Positions 1 to 13,000 of a DNA stretch of 64,000 bases are shown in pieces. Numbering within the stretch: the stretch's first letter is position 1; each line of letters begins with the position of its first letter. The DNA comes from Bilabrum cf. latius. Taxonomy: Eukaryota. The notes under the pieces are model-generated. The model was given only the letters and a program-made list of their open reading frames with translations. It did no database searches and was not told the origin of the DNA. Location: the NCBI GenBank assembly GCA_965178125.1, contig OZ237736.1, forward strand, positions 496,001-560,000, written 5' to 3'. The translations under genes were made by a program, and so were the position numbers.

Positions 1-831
1 AGCCAATCAAAAAAGTGGCAAACTCATGGGAAGCCGTGTCGTCACCCTTGTATAATGTGAAGAATGTGGACATGTCGCTGTCGTGATCTAATTGCGCGCA
101 ACAAAGATTTTACCAGATACGATACCCTGCATTGGCGCGCCTCCCTTATCAGGCTGTGAGTGTGTGCCATGCGTAGAGAGTACTTATGCGATAGAACCCG
201 TTGTGTCGACTCCCAGGGATTATATCACACTGAGGAGTGTCGAAAGCCACCACCCCGCAAGACTGCGTAAAGATCTACAGGCCGTGGTGCCCTCAATGCC
301 GCACGTGACGCATGATATTCGGTATAAACAGATGCCACCCAAGTGCTCTGTATCGCCGGTCCTGCTGAATCATCTTGGCTGGAACCCCTTGCACCGCACG
401 TGTAGCTATGCTATTGCCGGCCATGAGGGGCTCACTAGACCTCGCCAGCACACGCCTGAAGCCGATTTGAGGGGGCGGGGGGCGGGGGGTGGGGGCCGAT
501 ATGGGAGATGTCAGGGCAGACCCACGGCGAGTCCTACGGCAGGGATTCCCTCGCAACAGCAAGCAGAGACAGACCTGGTGGAGACTCATGGGCAGGGCCA
601 TGGAAGAGAGAGGGCCCGATGGGTTGAGTCTCAAAACTGCAAGTCGTCACGTCTCAATCTTGGCCGCAAGCGCAACCACCCACATGATGCCACCAATACC
701 GCAACCACCGACACAGCACTGCACACTGCACCCTGCACTGCACACTGCACACACCGCCGGCGCAGACGTGCGACTCGGAGTCAAAAGCGCCTCGAAACGC
801 TGTCTAACCCTCCTCACAGGACGGAATCTGA

Positions 832-3306
832 ATGAGCAGCATCCCGAGCCTTGCGGAACTTGTAATTTTATCATTCGAAAGCAAGCAGCACGATTTAGAG
901 CAGATTCTGTCTCGGGCCAACTTCTGGAGCTTGCCAGTTGCACTACAGAGCGCAGCCGCCTACGTCATTCCAGACTATGTGCTTTCTCGTTATCTATAGT
1001 AGCATTCTGGATAGCAAGACTTCGAAAATTTGTTTAAAATTCTAGGCCATGCAGCAAGACGACGCATGTGGGCCCTCGCCAAGCTGTGCTCCGATAGCTT
1101 CGAGGTATCGGAGCTAGGTTCCAGAGAATCTCGAGATTTATGCCTGCTAGAGCCTCCACTGGACAATTTGTACGGTAGAACATACAGTATACAAACTGAT
1201 TCGGTCACGTTGCATGATTTTGCGTTTTAGGTGGCTGGCTCAACTGAAGCCACGGAATTAATCGGCCTAAGATAGCAATTGAGAAAGGTGATTACATTCG
1301 TACAGTCCCTAAGCTAGATGTTACAACAATCTGTGCCGACGTCCAGTCATGCGTTGGAGCGCAGACGGGTGCTGAAGCGTCGTACGGCGGGAGGTGCAAC
1401 CGAAGCATCTCCACCAGTGGCAGGTGCGGCAGTATCTAGTCGATAGCAATCGGATTTCACATCACGCAGAATCAAACTGATCAAGCCAAACAGCAGTACT
1501 CCTTCACTCAAATCAGGTCTTCGTTCAATTGCAAAGAGAGGCAGTCGGCCGTCTTGCAGGGCAACAACAGCAAAGATAGCCAAGCCGGCACAACTGAGCA
1601 GAGTCGTTGGTTCCAAACGCGCTGGAAGCATGCTCAAAGTTGGCCAAGGGACCCCTCCGCAGGTACAGCTTCGATTCATGCGATAGACCCGGAGAAGTTC
1701 CAGTCCTAGGAAGACGAGCACAGGTACTGAACCAGAATAGCAAGCGGCTGCCCACTCGAAGCGGGCACGTTCCCATGCATCCATGCGCGTGACGAGTGCA
1801 GTCCCGCAGCCGAGTACTGGCCACCGGCTTGCGCTGGCAAGGCGCATCCCCTCGGCTGGGCCAGCCACGCTGAAAGCAATGGGAGCAGGTGCTCCTTTGC
1901 TAATTGTCAGCCGCCTTGCTCCTCTGGCAGCGCCGAGACATCCCGTCAAGTCACCGCACAGATAGAGTCCTAGTCGGAGGCATGAGGGGAAATAGCACTT
2001 GAGAGCTGCTGGCAGGGCCACCGGGACGGGGCCAGCCAGAGTGAGCACTGGAGCGAGTGCTCAGGGATCTGGGCCTCACGGCCTGAATAAGACTGGCAGT
2101 GGCAGAGAAGAGGGTACAGCAGCTAGAGAATCAAAGCTAAAAAATGAAGCAAAGGCATCACACAAGCCCAGTGCAGATGCACTGGTGGCAGCATAGCGCA
2201 TTGTGCGTTCCATGAGAGCGTGGCTCGGTAGGCTACGCCGCCCGAGCGAGCAGGTGTCCGCGCTTCGCAATGCAGTGCAGTTCCCGGCACACCCCGCGGT
2301 GCTGGAGCTCATGGGCGCAGGCACACTCGTGCATCCCTTGATCCTGCGTCCCGCCGCGCAGTGCATGCGGAACCTCAGGCGTCTCTCCTTGCGGGGATGC
2401 GAATCGCTGCAGACCGCCGAGGCAGTTCCGACGATCGTGCGGTCCTTCCCGCTGCTGGAGCTGCTGGACCTCAGCGGGTGCCGCCTGCTCCGAGATGCGG
2501 AATTGATCGCTATTGGGGGCGGGTTGATTCGGCTCCGGGTCCTCGAGGTCGCGACCTGCAGGCGGATTACTGGAGAGGGGCTCAAGGCGTTCGCCGAGGC
2601 CGTGCACACGACGCCTGTTTTGCAACCCGCAAGCAGCGGATAGGAGCACTATGAAGCTGTCAACGATGGGGACGCGTCGCATCCAGTGGAAGATGGAGCG
2701 AGCACCACTGGGGCAAAAGCAGTTGCTCGGGAGCAGGTGCTGCCAGCATCCTCAGGGGCAGGCACGGATGTATACACGAAGGGATCGGAGCACGTCCTGA
2801 GCAGAGGAGTAGGGGATTCCACTCCCGAAATCGAAGTTAGAGGGAGTGCAAGGGACACGGTTCCGGTTTCCGGGCCTCGGATGGTGCGGAAAGTGACTGA
2901 AATACCGGAAGTGGAGCCCGCGCTGAGCAAGCGGCTGGCGCCGCACGGTACCAGCCCGAAGCTGACCCTTGGGTAGCGCGCTCTGTAGACGTCCGCTCTG
3001 CGCTGCCTCAACCTCGCGGATTGCAGAGGCGTCGACGATGCCGGGGTGGCAGCACTCGGCCGAAAGCTGCCTGGGCTCCGTGACCTTTGCCTGTATGGGT
3101 GCCTGCAGCTTACGGGAAGGTGTGCGGATGGATTCGGACACTTGGATTGCAGGCTGCGACGCCTGAACACGGCGGGGGTGTACAAGTTCGGGCACGAAGC
3201 TAGCAGCTACCTGCTGCAAGCGAACCCCGGCCTGCTCTTGTACAACAACCCAAACGAGTTCGACAGCTCTACCAGGCTTGCAGGCGGGGAGCGTTGGCTG
3301 CTTTGA
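832..3306 (+). CDS. Leucine-rich-repeat (AMN1/FBXL-type, cysteine-containing LRR) protein with N-terminal BC-box-like motif and an IQ-like motif; ~824 aa with TAG=Gln
   Basis: One frame from ATG 832 to TGA 3304-3306, interrupted only by 15 TAGs (e.g. 997, 1000, 1012, 1228, 2194, 2641, 2974, 2986) and no TAA/TGA. It joins track ORFs 1030, 1783, 1999, 2203, 2686 and 3046. LRRs: LRRLSLRGCESL, LELLDLSGCRLLRD, LRVLEVATCRRITG, LRCLNLADCRGVDD, LRDLCLYGCLQLTG. Start MSSIPSLAELVI. Confidence 0.8.
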
Positions 3307-3417
3307 CACGAACTTGATTTTTTCACTCAGGCCGCAACCGCACCGTTGTCCGCGCCAGCCCACCTTTGCATCTCGTTCTCCCGTTCTCGCACCAACTTGA
3401 AACCGGAACTCAACGCC

Positions 3418-5322
3418 ATGACCGGCCCGGGACCGCGAGAATCCGGGAACACACAAATTAGAAGCATTGATTCTGGCGACAAAATGGATAAACACGAAGA
3501 ACCCGCCCATTATTCGCATAAGCTTCCGGTGAAGCGCGACGATGATACCAAATGGAGGATCTACCGCCCTACTTTTAGTAGCGACGACTTCAAGATGTTG
3601 CTAGACCCCGCTTGGAACAGCCTGGCGAGGGATGGTAACCACCTTGCCATTGAGGTTCGGCAAATGACGCATGCCATGCCCCTGTCTGCCACGCCTCACG
3701 CGCTGACAGTGCTCCCACAGGACGACTCGGGGGATGGCGGGAAGGGGTCTAGTGGCAAGATCGCAACGTGTTTCTATACTTGCTATCCGGAAGGGTAGAA
3801 GAAGAGGACAGGCAAATATGACAGAGGCAAAGCATCGGGAAAGGGTGCAGCGAAAAAGAAGTCAAAAGAAGAAGGAGGCGATGCAGTCGGGCAAGTTATG
3901 TCAATTTTGGCTGGGGTGCCGGCATCCGATCGCCCTTGCGTTGAAATCCTAAGGAAACACACGCAAAGCGGCGACGTGTCAGTGGCACTGGCCCTTGAGG
4001 CGAGCATTGCAGTTTCAACTGGAATCGCTGCCGTGGTCCGATGCGGGATCCCATCAGCCATGGTCGCTACCTACATGCCGTCGGCTGCGAGAGATGACGG
4101 AAAAGGAGGCGAGCGAGTCGTGCCATCTCCTGTCCATGATGCCAGACTACACCAATCTGTGCTGTCTTACATGGGGAACGGTCAGGTGCTGCTCATCGGC
4201 GGCGAGGCCACGATGGCCGCCCTTGTCGAAGCAGCTGCCGCTGCCAAGGAGGAGCACCGTGACGGCGAGGCAGCACCCCCTGCTGCTGCTGCTGTTGTTG
4301 TTGTTGATGCTGTTGATGATAAGGCAAAAGCTGGTGCAGCTGCACGCGCGGCACCCGCAGCGGCACCAAAAGCGGCTGGGGAGCAAAGGCCGGGACCCAA
4401 GCCGAAGGCCAAGTGCGGCGTGGTGGCGATACCCCTAAGTCTACTTGCCGAGTCGCTTGCCCAGATAGGCGGCGTTGACACCAGTCCGGGGTCACACGGC
4501 ATGAAGTACGCCGCTGCCAGGATGACATTAGACGGTGAGGTGCTGGGCGGCGTCGCGGGCTACCTGCAGAAGGCGGGTGTGTTTGAGGAGGACCCGGATA
4601 GCGCGGCAAAGGCCCCTGGCCCCGCTCCTGCCCCCCCTTTGGGCCAACTCAAAGTGAAACTCAAGCCGAGGCTGCTCATGTGCTTCCAAGGGGCCGTGTT
4701 GGACGAGTGGAGCGGGTGCGCATCGAGTGGCGGAGCAGCAGCCGGAGTCGGAGCTGGAGCCGGGGAAGGCAGCTATGCTGGGATGAGAGAGAGGGCAGCC
4801 TCTGCAGTGGAGGCTGCACGGGCAGCGGAAAGCATGATGCGGGGGGATGCTCCTCTGGAGCATTTGAGGGAGGCGGCGGCCAGTGCGCTCCAAGGCGATG
4901 CAGGCGGGTCAGACGACAGGGCAAGTGCTGGGGCAAGCGTTGGATCGGGATCGGCGGCAGCGGGAGGTGCAGGGGGTAGCGAGGGAGTTGATGAAGGGGG
5001 AGGCAAGGCCAAAGCAGGCACCGATCAGCATTCAGTTGTGCTGAAGGCGAGCACGAAGCAGGTGCTTCTGAGCTATGAGGCGAGGATGGACGCCAAGACC
5101 GGCGTGTGGACGATACAGCTAAATCTGCCGGGCGGGAAGCGCAGATTCGCGGAAACAGACTGGGGATGTGCAATGCGCCACTTGAAGGATGAATCAGGCC
5201 TCGGGATTGAGCATTTGGAGCTGGCGGGGCTGCACCCAGTCGCTCGCACCATGGCGGATCCGCAGTGCTGGGCGGGGTCGATCCGGTTGGAGCTGATGCG
5301 ACTCTTTGTGTATTCTGATTGA
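3418..5322 (+). CDS. Hypothetical protein with C-terminal degenerate Nudix box; ~634 aa
   Basis: Track ORFs 3346-3798 and 3898-5322 are in one frame, separated by one TAG (3796). First ATG is at 3418 and the stop is TGA. C-terminal LNLPGGKRRFAETDWGCAMRHLKDESGL resembles Nudix GX5EX7REUXEEXGU. Confidence 0.65.
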
Positions 5323-5422
5323 CAAGGTGACTGCTACGTGAAAACAGACTATACAGCTGCAGAATTATAGCAGCAGATTACGATGCGAAACCCATTTCTG
5401 CCAGGCATACCCTGTAGCTACC

Positions 5423-6806
5423 TCATCTTGCCACCACTCCGGGCTGTGCGGCTGCTGCAGGCTGGGGTGCTGCTGCCGCGGGCTGTGGTGCTGCTGCCGC
5501 CGGCTGGGGTGCTGCTGCCGCCGGCTGGGGTGCTGCTGCCGCGGGCTGGGGTGCTGCTGCCGCGGGCTGTGGTGCTGCTGCCGCCGGCTGGGGTGCTGCT
5601 GCCGCGGGCTGTGCTGCTGCCGCCGCGGGCTGGGGTGCTGCTGCCGCGGGCTGGGGTGCTGCTGCCGCCGGCTGGGGTGCTGCTGCTGCCTCTGCCTCTT
5701 GCTGCTTCGCCGCGCCACCCGTTGCCGCCGCGGTTGCAGCGGCGGGCGGGTCAATTGGCTTGCCGATCCACGCAGGTGGATCTTGTGCCTTCATTACGTC
5801 AACAAACCCCTTCAGGTGAACCTTCTCTCGGAATTCGGCGACGCACTCCCTGAATTCCTCCTCGTTTGCCTCCCAGTCCTCGGCGGGCTCAAACTCCTCT
5901 GGGGCCTTCGCAGGCACCTCCTCGAAGGTAAGGCCCATGTCGCAGATCTCTTCGTTTATATAGCCGAGCAGCTGCGGGGTTAAACGAATGTAGAGGCAGA
6001 TGTGGCGTACGATGCTGAGCCAGGAGACGCTTCGGGCAGCACGCAGGTGTCCACCAAATGCTCACGTCTTTCTCCAGCTCTTTGTTAGCTAGAAAAAGGG
6101 TAAATTCTAGCATCCGGTTCCAGTACTCCCGGACGTTGCCTCCGTCCTCAAAGAGGTATCCTTCAAGCCGCTTCCGCCGCTCATCTTCTGTCGAATCTGG
6201 GATCGCGTTGATCATCTGAACAAGATCCAGCTCCAGCCTTCGTGATGCCTGCGAAGTTATTAGGTATACACAGCAAGGCCAACCTCGTACAATCATATCC
6301 AAACACGGCAATTTGCATGTGTCGCGATAGTAATCGAAACAACACACGGATTTCTCACAATGCTAATTCGCCATACTCCCAAGTTCGCCGCAGAACCTTT
6401 TGTAGCATGACAGTGATGCTTCAGTTGGAACTCAAGGTCGACAATCTTGTTTCCAGGCGCATCGACGCGGAGCTTCTTGTCTCGGCGGTATGCGTCCAAC
6501 AGCTGCATGAAGTCCCTTAGATGCTCGACGGCGTCCTCCCAGAAAGTTACTAGTAATTCCACCGGCAATGCCTCATTTGGGAAGATCTCATCTCTGTCTT
6601 CGGCATCCGTAGTCTGCAAAATTGGGAGGCTAGAAGTACTAGGTTGTCGGGTGGCAATGAGCCGCCGCGAAGTACAGCTAAGCATAATCACGACCCTGCA
6701 AGCAAAGCCATATCATTCTAGGGTTCAACTTCTAAAGAAAGCTCACGTTGCAGTACAGCTGCTTGATCTCGACGACATCAACTTCGTCATACGACTTGCC
6801 GTCCAT
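5423..6806 (-). CDS. Histidine phosphotransfer (HPt, Ypd1/AHP-like) domain protein with acidic segment and PQPAAAA-repeat tail; 4 exons, ~348 aa
   Basis: Model complement(join(5423..5971,6066..6248,6359..6613,6747..6806)). Three phase-0 GTGAG...YGCAG introns (133, 110, 94 nt). The spliced product has VELLVTFWEDAVEHL...LKHHCHATKGSAANLGVWRISI|ASRRLE, matching the HPt consensus HxLKGSAANLGAxRLSxxCxxLE in spacing. TGA stop. Confidence 0.75.
5441..5690 (-). repeat. Coding 21-bp tandem repeat (~11 units) encoding PQPAAAA
   Basis: Plus-strand unit gctg(g/t)ggtgctgctgccgc(g/c)g repeated; lies in the last exon of the HPt gene. Confidence 0.95.
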
Positions 6807-7076
6807 TGGAAAAGGCTTCACTGCAAGTCTTCCCCCACCACCAAGATCTGTTACGCCTGCCATAGACGCCATGGGATACCGCTGAAGACCGAGCTAATGG
6901 AGTGGCTTTGGGAACCTCCAGTTGTTTCCGCGTGGCAATTAATGTCCTCGGTCCGGTGGGCCACTCCAGCGGAACCAACGGCGCCGCGCATAATCCACCG
7001 GTTGGTCGCAGAACTCGAAGCTCGATATTCGACGGCGACTGAACAACAACAATCTTTAGTACAATGCACTACATCT

Positions 7077-10000
7077 TTATACCTCCGCACTCGGTTTGGT
7101 CCCTGGTCTCGCCGCCAACGCGCCACCAGTCACGCCTCTGCTGCTTCTTCCTCGCCCCCGACCTGCACCGCGGCCCCTACCCCTGCCACGACCCCTGCCC
7201 GCACTCGACAGTCTCTTCACTGCAGCAGTAGCTGCTGCTCCCCTCCCTTCAGCAGAGGAGGCAGCTCCCGGAGGACCGGACCCCCCGCGGCCCTGTAGAG
7301 CGGCGAGCGTGTCCAGCAGCTGCTCCGATCTAACTTCATGCCTCACCGCTGCTTGTGCCCTCGCCACACGAACCGAGAGCGCTTCGCCCGTCCCACCCGC
7401 GGCTCCGCTCCCCCCACCGGACCCGAACCCACCCCCCATCGGAGACATCATGCCGGCACTGGCAGAAGAAGACCCGGGGCCATCGGAGAACACGATGCTC
7501 CCCATCCCCGTCACCCGAACGCGGCCGTGCATCCCGACGGATCCTAGAGGACCGGGCGACTCGCCCCGCTCCGATTCCGCGTTGTTCCCCGGGCCCTTGT
7601 TCCCTGCCTCCGCGCCACCAGATCCGGCCTCGTCCTGCTCGCTGCCGCTATGGTTCGCTGCTCGTCCAACCCCGGCGCCAGTCCCCGAGGCCGAGGCTGG
7701 CAAGGCTTGCTGTTTCCGATCGAGAGGTCCATCTCCAGGGCCTGTACCACCACGCGATGCACCTGATGTGCCGCTGCTAGCGCTTCCGCTGCGAAGGCTG
7801 GAGGCACCGTCCGAGCGAGCCGCTGAGCCCGGCCGCATCCGTCCGTTGCGGCTCCCAGCACCACCATGCGATGCACCGGAAAGGCCTCCGATCAGCGGAG
7901 ACACGGCCGCAAACGAACCGGAGCGCTGCACCTGCTTGAACGCGTCCCCGTGGCCTAGATCAGCAGCACCCAGCAGCAGGGGCGACCCAGGCACGCCACC
8001 GCTGCCGCCTCCACCAAACGACCAGCTGGAGCCGCGAGTGTGGCCGCGGCCCGAGCCAGGCCTGCCACCCCCTTGTATAAACTGAAGGGACGCCTAAAGC
8101 AGCATGCCGCACTCTCGAGCGGCTGCAGATGATCGCGATGCAAGGGCATCTGAGGGGCCGGGCCTGCCCAGCAGACCCAAGTCAGATTGCAGCCAATCGT
8201 ACCAGCTCGACCCGGACACCTGCCCCCCCACGCGACCGGGTGGGTCGGGGGACAGCCCCGCTGCGTGTGCATCCGGGGATCGAATCCCGCTTGCGGCCAA
8301 AAAGGTATCCGTGAGGCCGCGCTGCCGCCCCACCACCCCGCCTTGGGTCACAAGTGCGCGCAGGATAACCACGCCCGCACCCCCAGCAAGAAGAACGGCA
8401 AGGGTAACCCCGCCCGGGGCCGAAGCGACCCCGGCGCTGCCCTCGGCGCCACCATGCCGCAAGGGTTCATCCTCCAAGCCAGACACGAAGGCAACACCGA
8501 TCACAGGAGTTCCAAACCGCCACACTGCAGCCGGCGGGTGATTCCATACACCCAGGGCCCTGACATCTCCGCCATCTCCGCTGCCGACCTCACCAGAAGC
8601 GCCGGAAGACGAAGCGTGCCGCCGCAGCTTGGAGAATAGCTTGCCGTCTTCCCCATCTCCTGCCTGCTTGGAATCTGAGCCGTCCGTGCTGCCGGCGCGC
8701 GTGCTGCCCCACTAACCTTGCTCTCGTGCTGCCAGCTCAGTCCCAGTCAGCACGCATGCAGTTGGTGTGCGAGTCAGCAGCACCTCCCCCGAGGCCGTGC
8801 CAGTCACTCGCAAGGTAGATCCATCTGGTGCTTTCCCTACACAGGTGGACAAAGGAGCATGCCGGAGAGCTGCCGCTGCCACGTCCTCATCTTCGGCTTC
8901 GAACCCCTCCTACCGCCCCGATCGCACGACGGCGGCGGCAGCTTGCGCAGCTCGAGACCAGGTCCCCATGCTCTCCCAACCGTGCAAAGAGCTAGAGGAA
9001 GCCCACCCAGGAATAGCGGCGACTTCGTGAGGCGCAGCAATCTTGCCAGACCCCGACCACGGCAGCCAGACCCTTGTTGTGTGGCTGGCGTCAGCGATGC
9101 GGAGCGCTCGAAAATCAGAAGAGAAGTCCAGCGACACGATGCGAGGCTCAGTCGCACCTCGGATCATCTTGCCCCTGCTTCCACTCCCCGCCCCTCCGCT
9201 GGCTGGTCTACGGTCCGACGACCGACCGCTGCGGGGCGTGCGCGAGCCCTGTCGCCTGACCGGGGTTGCCATACCTGAGCGGGTGCTTCTGCCTCCCAAT
9301 CCTGCCGAAGACACGGCACTTGCCCCGCCGTCCACGAGCGAGAGCTGGCGCTTTCTCAGCAGCCGAGCAGCTTCCTTTCTGCCCCCCGAGCCGGTTGCGG
9401 GAGCCAGGAGCTCGACCACCCCGTCGCAATACCCTGCAGCGAGGAAGCCCCCCTTGCCTGCTGCAAACCGAAGGCACGTCGGGTACGTTCTGCCACGCTG
9501 TGGCACCGCCACGGCACTCGCTGGGCCGAACACCAGCGTTTCGGCCTCGCCGGGATCCTCCTCACCGGTGCCAGTGCTGCCGCTGCTCTTGCTGCGGATG
9601 AGGTCGCCTGATCCAAGTCCTGACCTCTGCAGAGCTTCCAGGCGCTGCCTGCCGCCAGCACTTGCCGGTGGCTCCACCATTGAAGCAGCGAGCTTCACCG
9701 TCACGAGGGTAGGGGCATGACTGGCATGGTGCGCATCGTCTGGACTCAGCGTCTTGATCACATCGTGCTGCACCGACTGCAAGCCTACTCCTATCGTGGA
9801 ACGGTCAGGGGACACATCGATTGCAGTAATCGCCTGCCCCCACTTGCTGAGCTGCTAGAAGCACAGCCGACTGCCCAGCTGAGCATCCCATGCCTCTAAC
9901 ACACCGTTCTGTCTACCTACCAGCAGCACCGGGAAAATTGGATGCGAAGCTATCGCGGTCATTGGATCGCCCCTTCCAGCCAGCACAGTCCCGACTGCAG

Positions 10001-13000
10001 CTCTAGCAATGGAAGCAGGGTGTGCAGAAGCGGGTCCCGCCGACCCGGTGCTGCAGGCTCCCACCGCCGCCTAGAAGTAGGCGTGCGGCCACCCGACCAG
10101 AGACACCTCCCCGATGGCAGACACGGCAGCGGCAGCAAAGGGGTGCATCTGGCTTGCCAGGTCTGTGCTGCTGCGGAGTGACGGGTTGCCGCTCGTGGCT
10201 GCAGACCCAAACTTAAACGACTTTGCCCTATTGGCACTGACCCCACGCTGCGCAATACCCTCGTCGAACGATGAGCGAGGTGGCAGCATCCCAGCACCTG
10301 ACTTGAATACAAGGCAGCCAATTGCGCCTTGCATTGCCTGCAGCGTGGTACCGCATTTCGAAAGGCTCTGGGGAAAGGGAACTGGCTCCGACAGCCTTGG
10401 GTCCACCTCATCTGCGCTAAGCGGTCCAGTGTCACTTGATGTATCTCGACGGTGCAACCCCACCCCATCCGCTGTCAGCTCCACGGACCATCTGCTCATG
10501 GTGCCATCAGATGACCCAACGCAAATGTCGATCGCGTCATTAAGCACGAGGCCGTCACTCGCCCCATCGCTGCTCATGCTTGCACCGTCCAGGTTGGATC
10601 TGACGCACGCCAGTGCCATGATCGAGACCCCCCCCGGCCTCACTTGTGCCACTAGTTCCGTGCTAGACGTGGTCGAGTTGCTACCCTTGTTTCCCTGCAA
10701 GGCTGGCAGACCGGGCGATCCAGTACTGGGCCAGGACGACGCGGATGCGTAAGCACCGCCAAACAGCCACTCGATCTAGTTGCTGGTGGGCACGTCGATT
10801 GACTGCGCGATGGGTTGCAGCGCTCCGCTAGCATCGGGGCGCACGGTCATCGCTGGCGCGACCGGGACGCAAAACACTGAGATGGTCCCGTCTGTCGCAC
10901 CGAAGCAAGCAGCAACGACATCGGGCCACTGCCGGCTGTCGTCATCTTCCTCGCCACCCCTTTCGAACCACGGCCTCACTACCCCTGCAGATACCGACAC
11001 GTACTTGGCTTGCGAAGGCGGCTTGCGCAAGGGGGCGGCATCTTCCGTGTCGGAGTCCAAATCGGAGCCATCTGGAGTGGCCGGCACGGAGGGCGGCAGG
11101 CCCAAAAAGTGTGCTGAAGGGGCATCGAGAAGACCGGAGCAGTGAACGGTGCAGCTCGAGGCATTCTACCCCGCGCCGCAGCCGTCCGACGCGGCCAGAG
11201 AAACAGGTGTATCCTCCGTAGAAGCGGTACCCACTGCGCCCACGCAAATTCCAAGCACTGCGCGTATGCCTGGTCCTGCCAGCACGACCGAGTAGGCTTG
11301 CCTCGATTCTGCCTGGGGTGACGCGTGCGATGGGGAAGGCGGGGCAGGGCCAACCGTGATCCCTCCATCGAGAGTCAGTTTCGCGCTCTCATGCGGCGCG
11401 TGACCCGAGCCCGAGCGCGACCACGAGTTTGTTTGCTTCGTCACAAGCACGGTGGTTTGCACGACGGACATTCCCACGGCCTCAGCAGGCTGGCCAGCAC
11501 GCCCGGCCCCGCACTGCTGGTGCGTCCCAACGACATCTTCCCAGCACATAAGCAGTCTGCCACGGCTCGCCACATTTGCAAAACAGCCGGCAAAGCCGGC
11601 TCGCTTCTGCCGAAGTCTCTCTTTCCTGAGCGCCAACGCAAAGGTCCGGGTGGCAAGCGACGGCCGATTCGTGCCCAAAGGGGCAGACCCGACCGAAGAC
11701 TTCGGCGTATCAGACGCGGGTTCCAGCTCCGAGCTGTCTGCGCTGTCTCCCCCGGAGGTGGTCCTTCCGGTGCTATCAGCAGCACTTCGTGCAGCTGCTT
11801 GCTCGATGGAGGCCGGCAGCAGGCCGGCAGCCTTCTCCCCGAGCATGCTTGCAGCGGCAACAGACTCTGCTAGGTCGGGCTCGGTGCGATTCAAAGCCAG
11901 CCAAGCGGTGCTCGCGCTCACATCCTGCGCAACAGCTGCTGGCAAAGAACCGCCTCGTTCCATCTCCTGCTCCACGTCTTGTCGCGGAACGAAAGGGATG
12001 GCAGGCACACTGGCCGATTGCGCCCAGGACCACAAAGAGACCGACTGCTTGCCCCTTTGCTAACCCGCCGACAAATCAGACCTTGCGCGGCCAAGGAGCA
12101 CGAGAAACTACCCGTCTGGAGTGAACTGGAGGGCAGAAATTCCGCTGGAATGCACGCCAGCGCTGCAGCTCATGACCGCGACAACCGTGCCGTGCTAGGC
12201 GTGCACAACTGCAACGCAAGGTGCCGCGGCACTCCCAGCAGACTGCGCGGCTCTGCCAGCAAATCGAGCCGCGGGAGATGACGGTGGAGGACGACTGACG
12301 GCACTTTTGCGACCCTTTCGACCAAGCAAGCTGGGGTTCCCCGAGCCCTGGTCTATACGAACCCTCCACGCTACCGCCAGCAGCGGCATGCTGGGATGGG
12401 AGGCGACGCAGTCGATGCGGCCCGGGAAGATTGCCAAGGCATTCTGCTGCGTTGAGCCAAAGGCCCATGGTACGGATCTGGCCGTTCCGTGCGCATCCTG
12501 CGCCGCAGCATCCAGGAGCCAGCGTGCCTGCCCCTGCGGTGGATCGACTCGCATCAGCACGGTGCCATGCGCGACCGCCATCGATCCAGTACCTGGGTCG
12601 ATCAGCGCGGCGCACTGCCGTCCCAAGGAAATCGCACCTCCGGGTGCGCTAGTCGAGTGCAATACCGACGATGGTCCGGAGGAAACCAGGCGGGGCAAGA
12701 GAAGTGTGTCCACGGGTCTGCTCGCAATGGCAGCGATGGTCCTACGCATGCCCTTTAGAGGGGAAGCGAGACCGAGGCTACCGTGACTATGCGCATTGGC
12801 CTCGCTATGCCTACTGTTTCCAAGGCCCAAGGACCCCGCGCTGCTTCCTAGCGAGGCAGTGGCAGCGCTTCGGTGACCCGCCCTCGACCTGCGCGCGCCC
12901 GGCGGCGACTTGCCTGGCGAGCTGCCTTCGTCCTCTGTGAGCCAGGAGGGGAGGACGGATGTGCCCTGCTGCGGCCAGTAGCCAACTTCCGAGCAGCCAG

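Noticed and set aside
1-830. Track ORFs 92-835, 293-634 and 489-1037, and a short gcacact-type repeat at ~715-755
   Set aside because: No recognisable protein features or convincing gene model; left unannotated.
5441-5690. 21-bp tandem repeat as a CRISPR array or telomeric repeat
   Set aside because: No spacers; it is an in-frame coding repeat (PQPAAAA).
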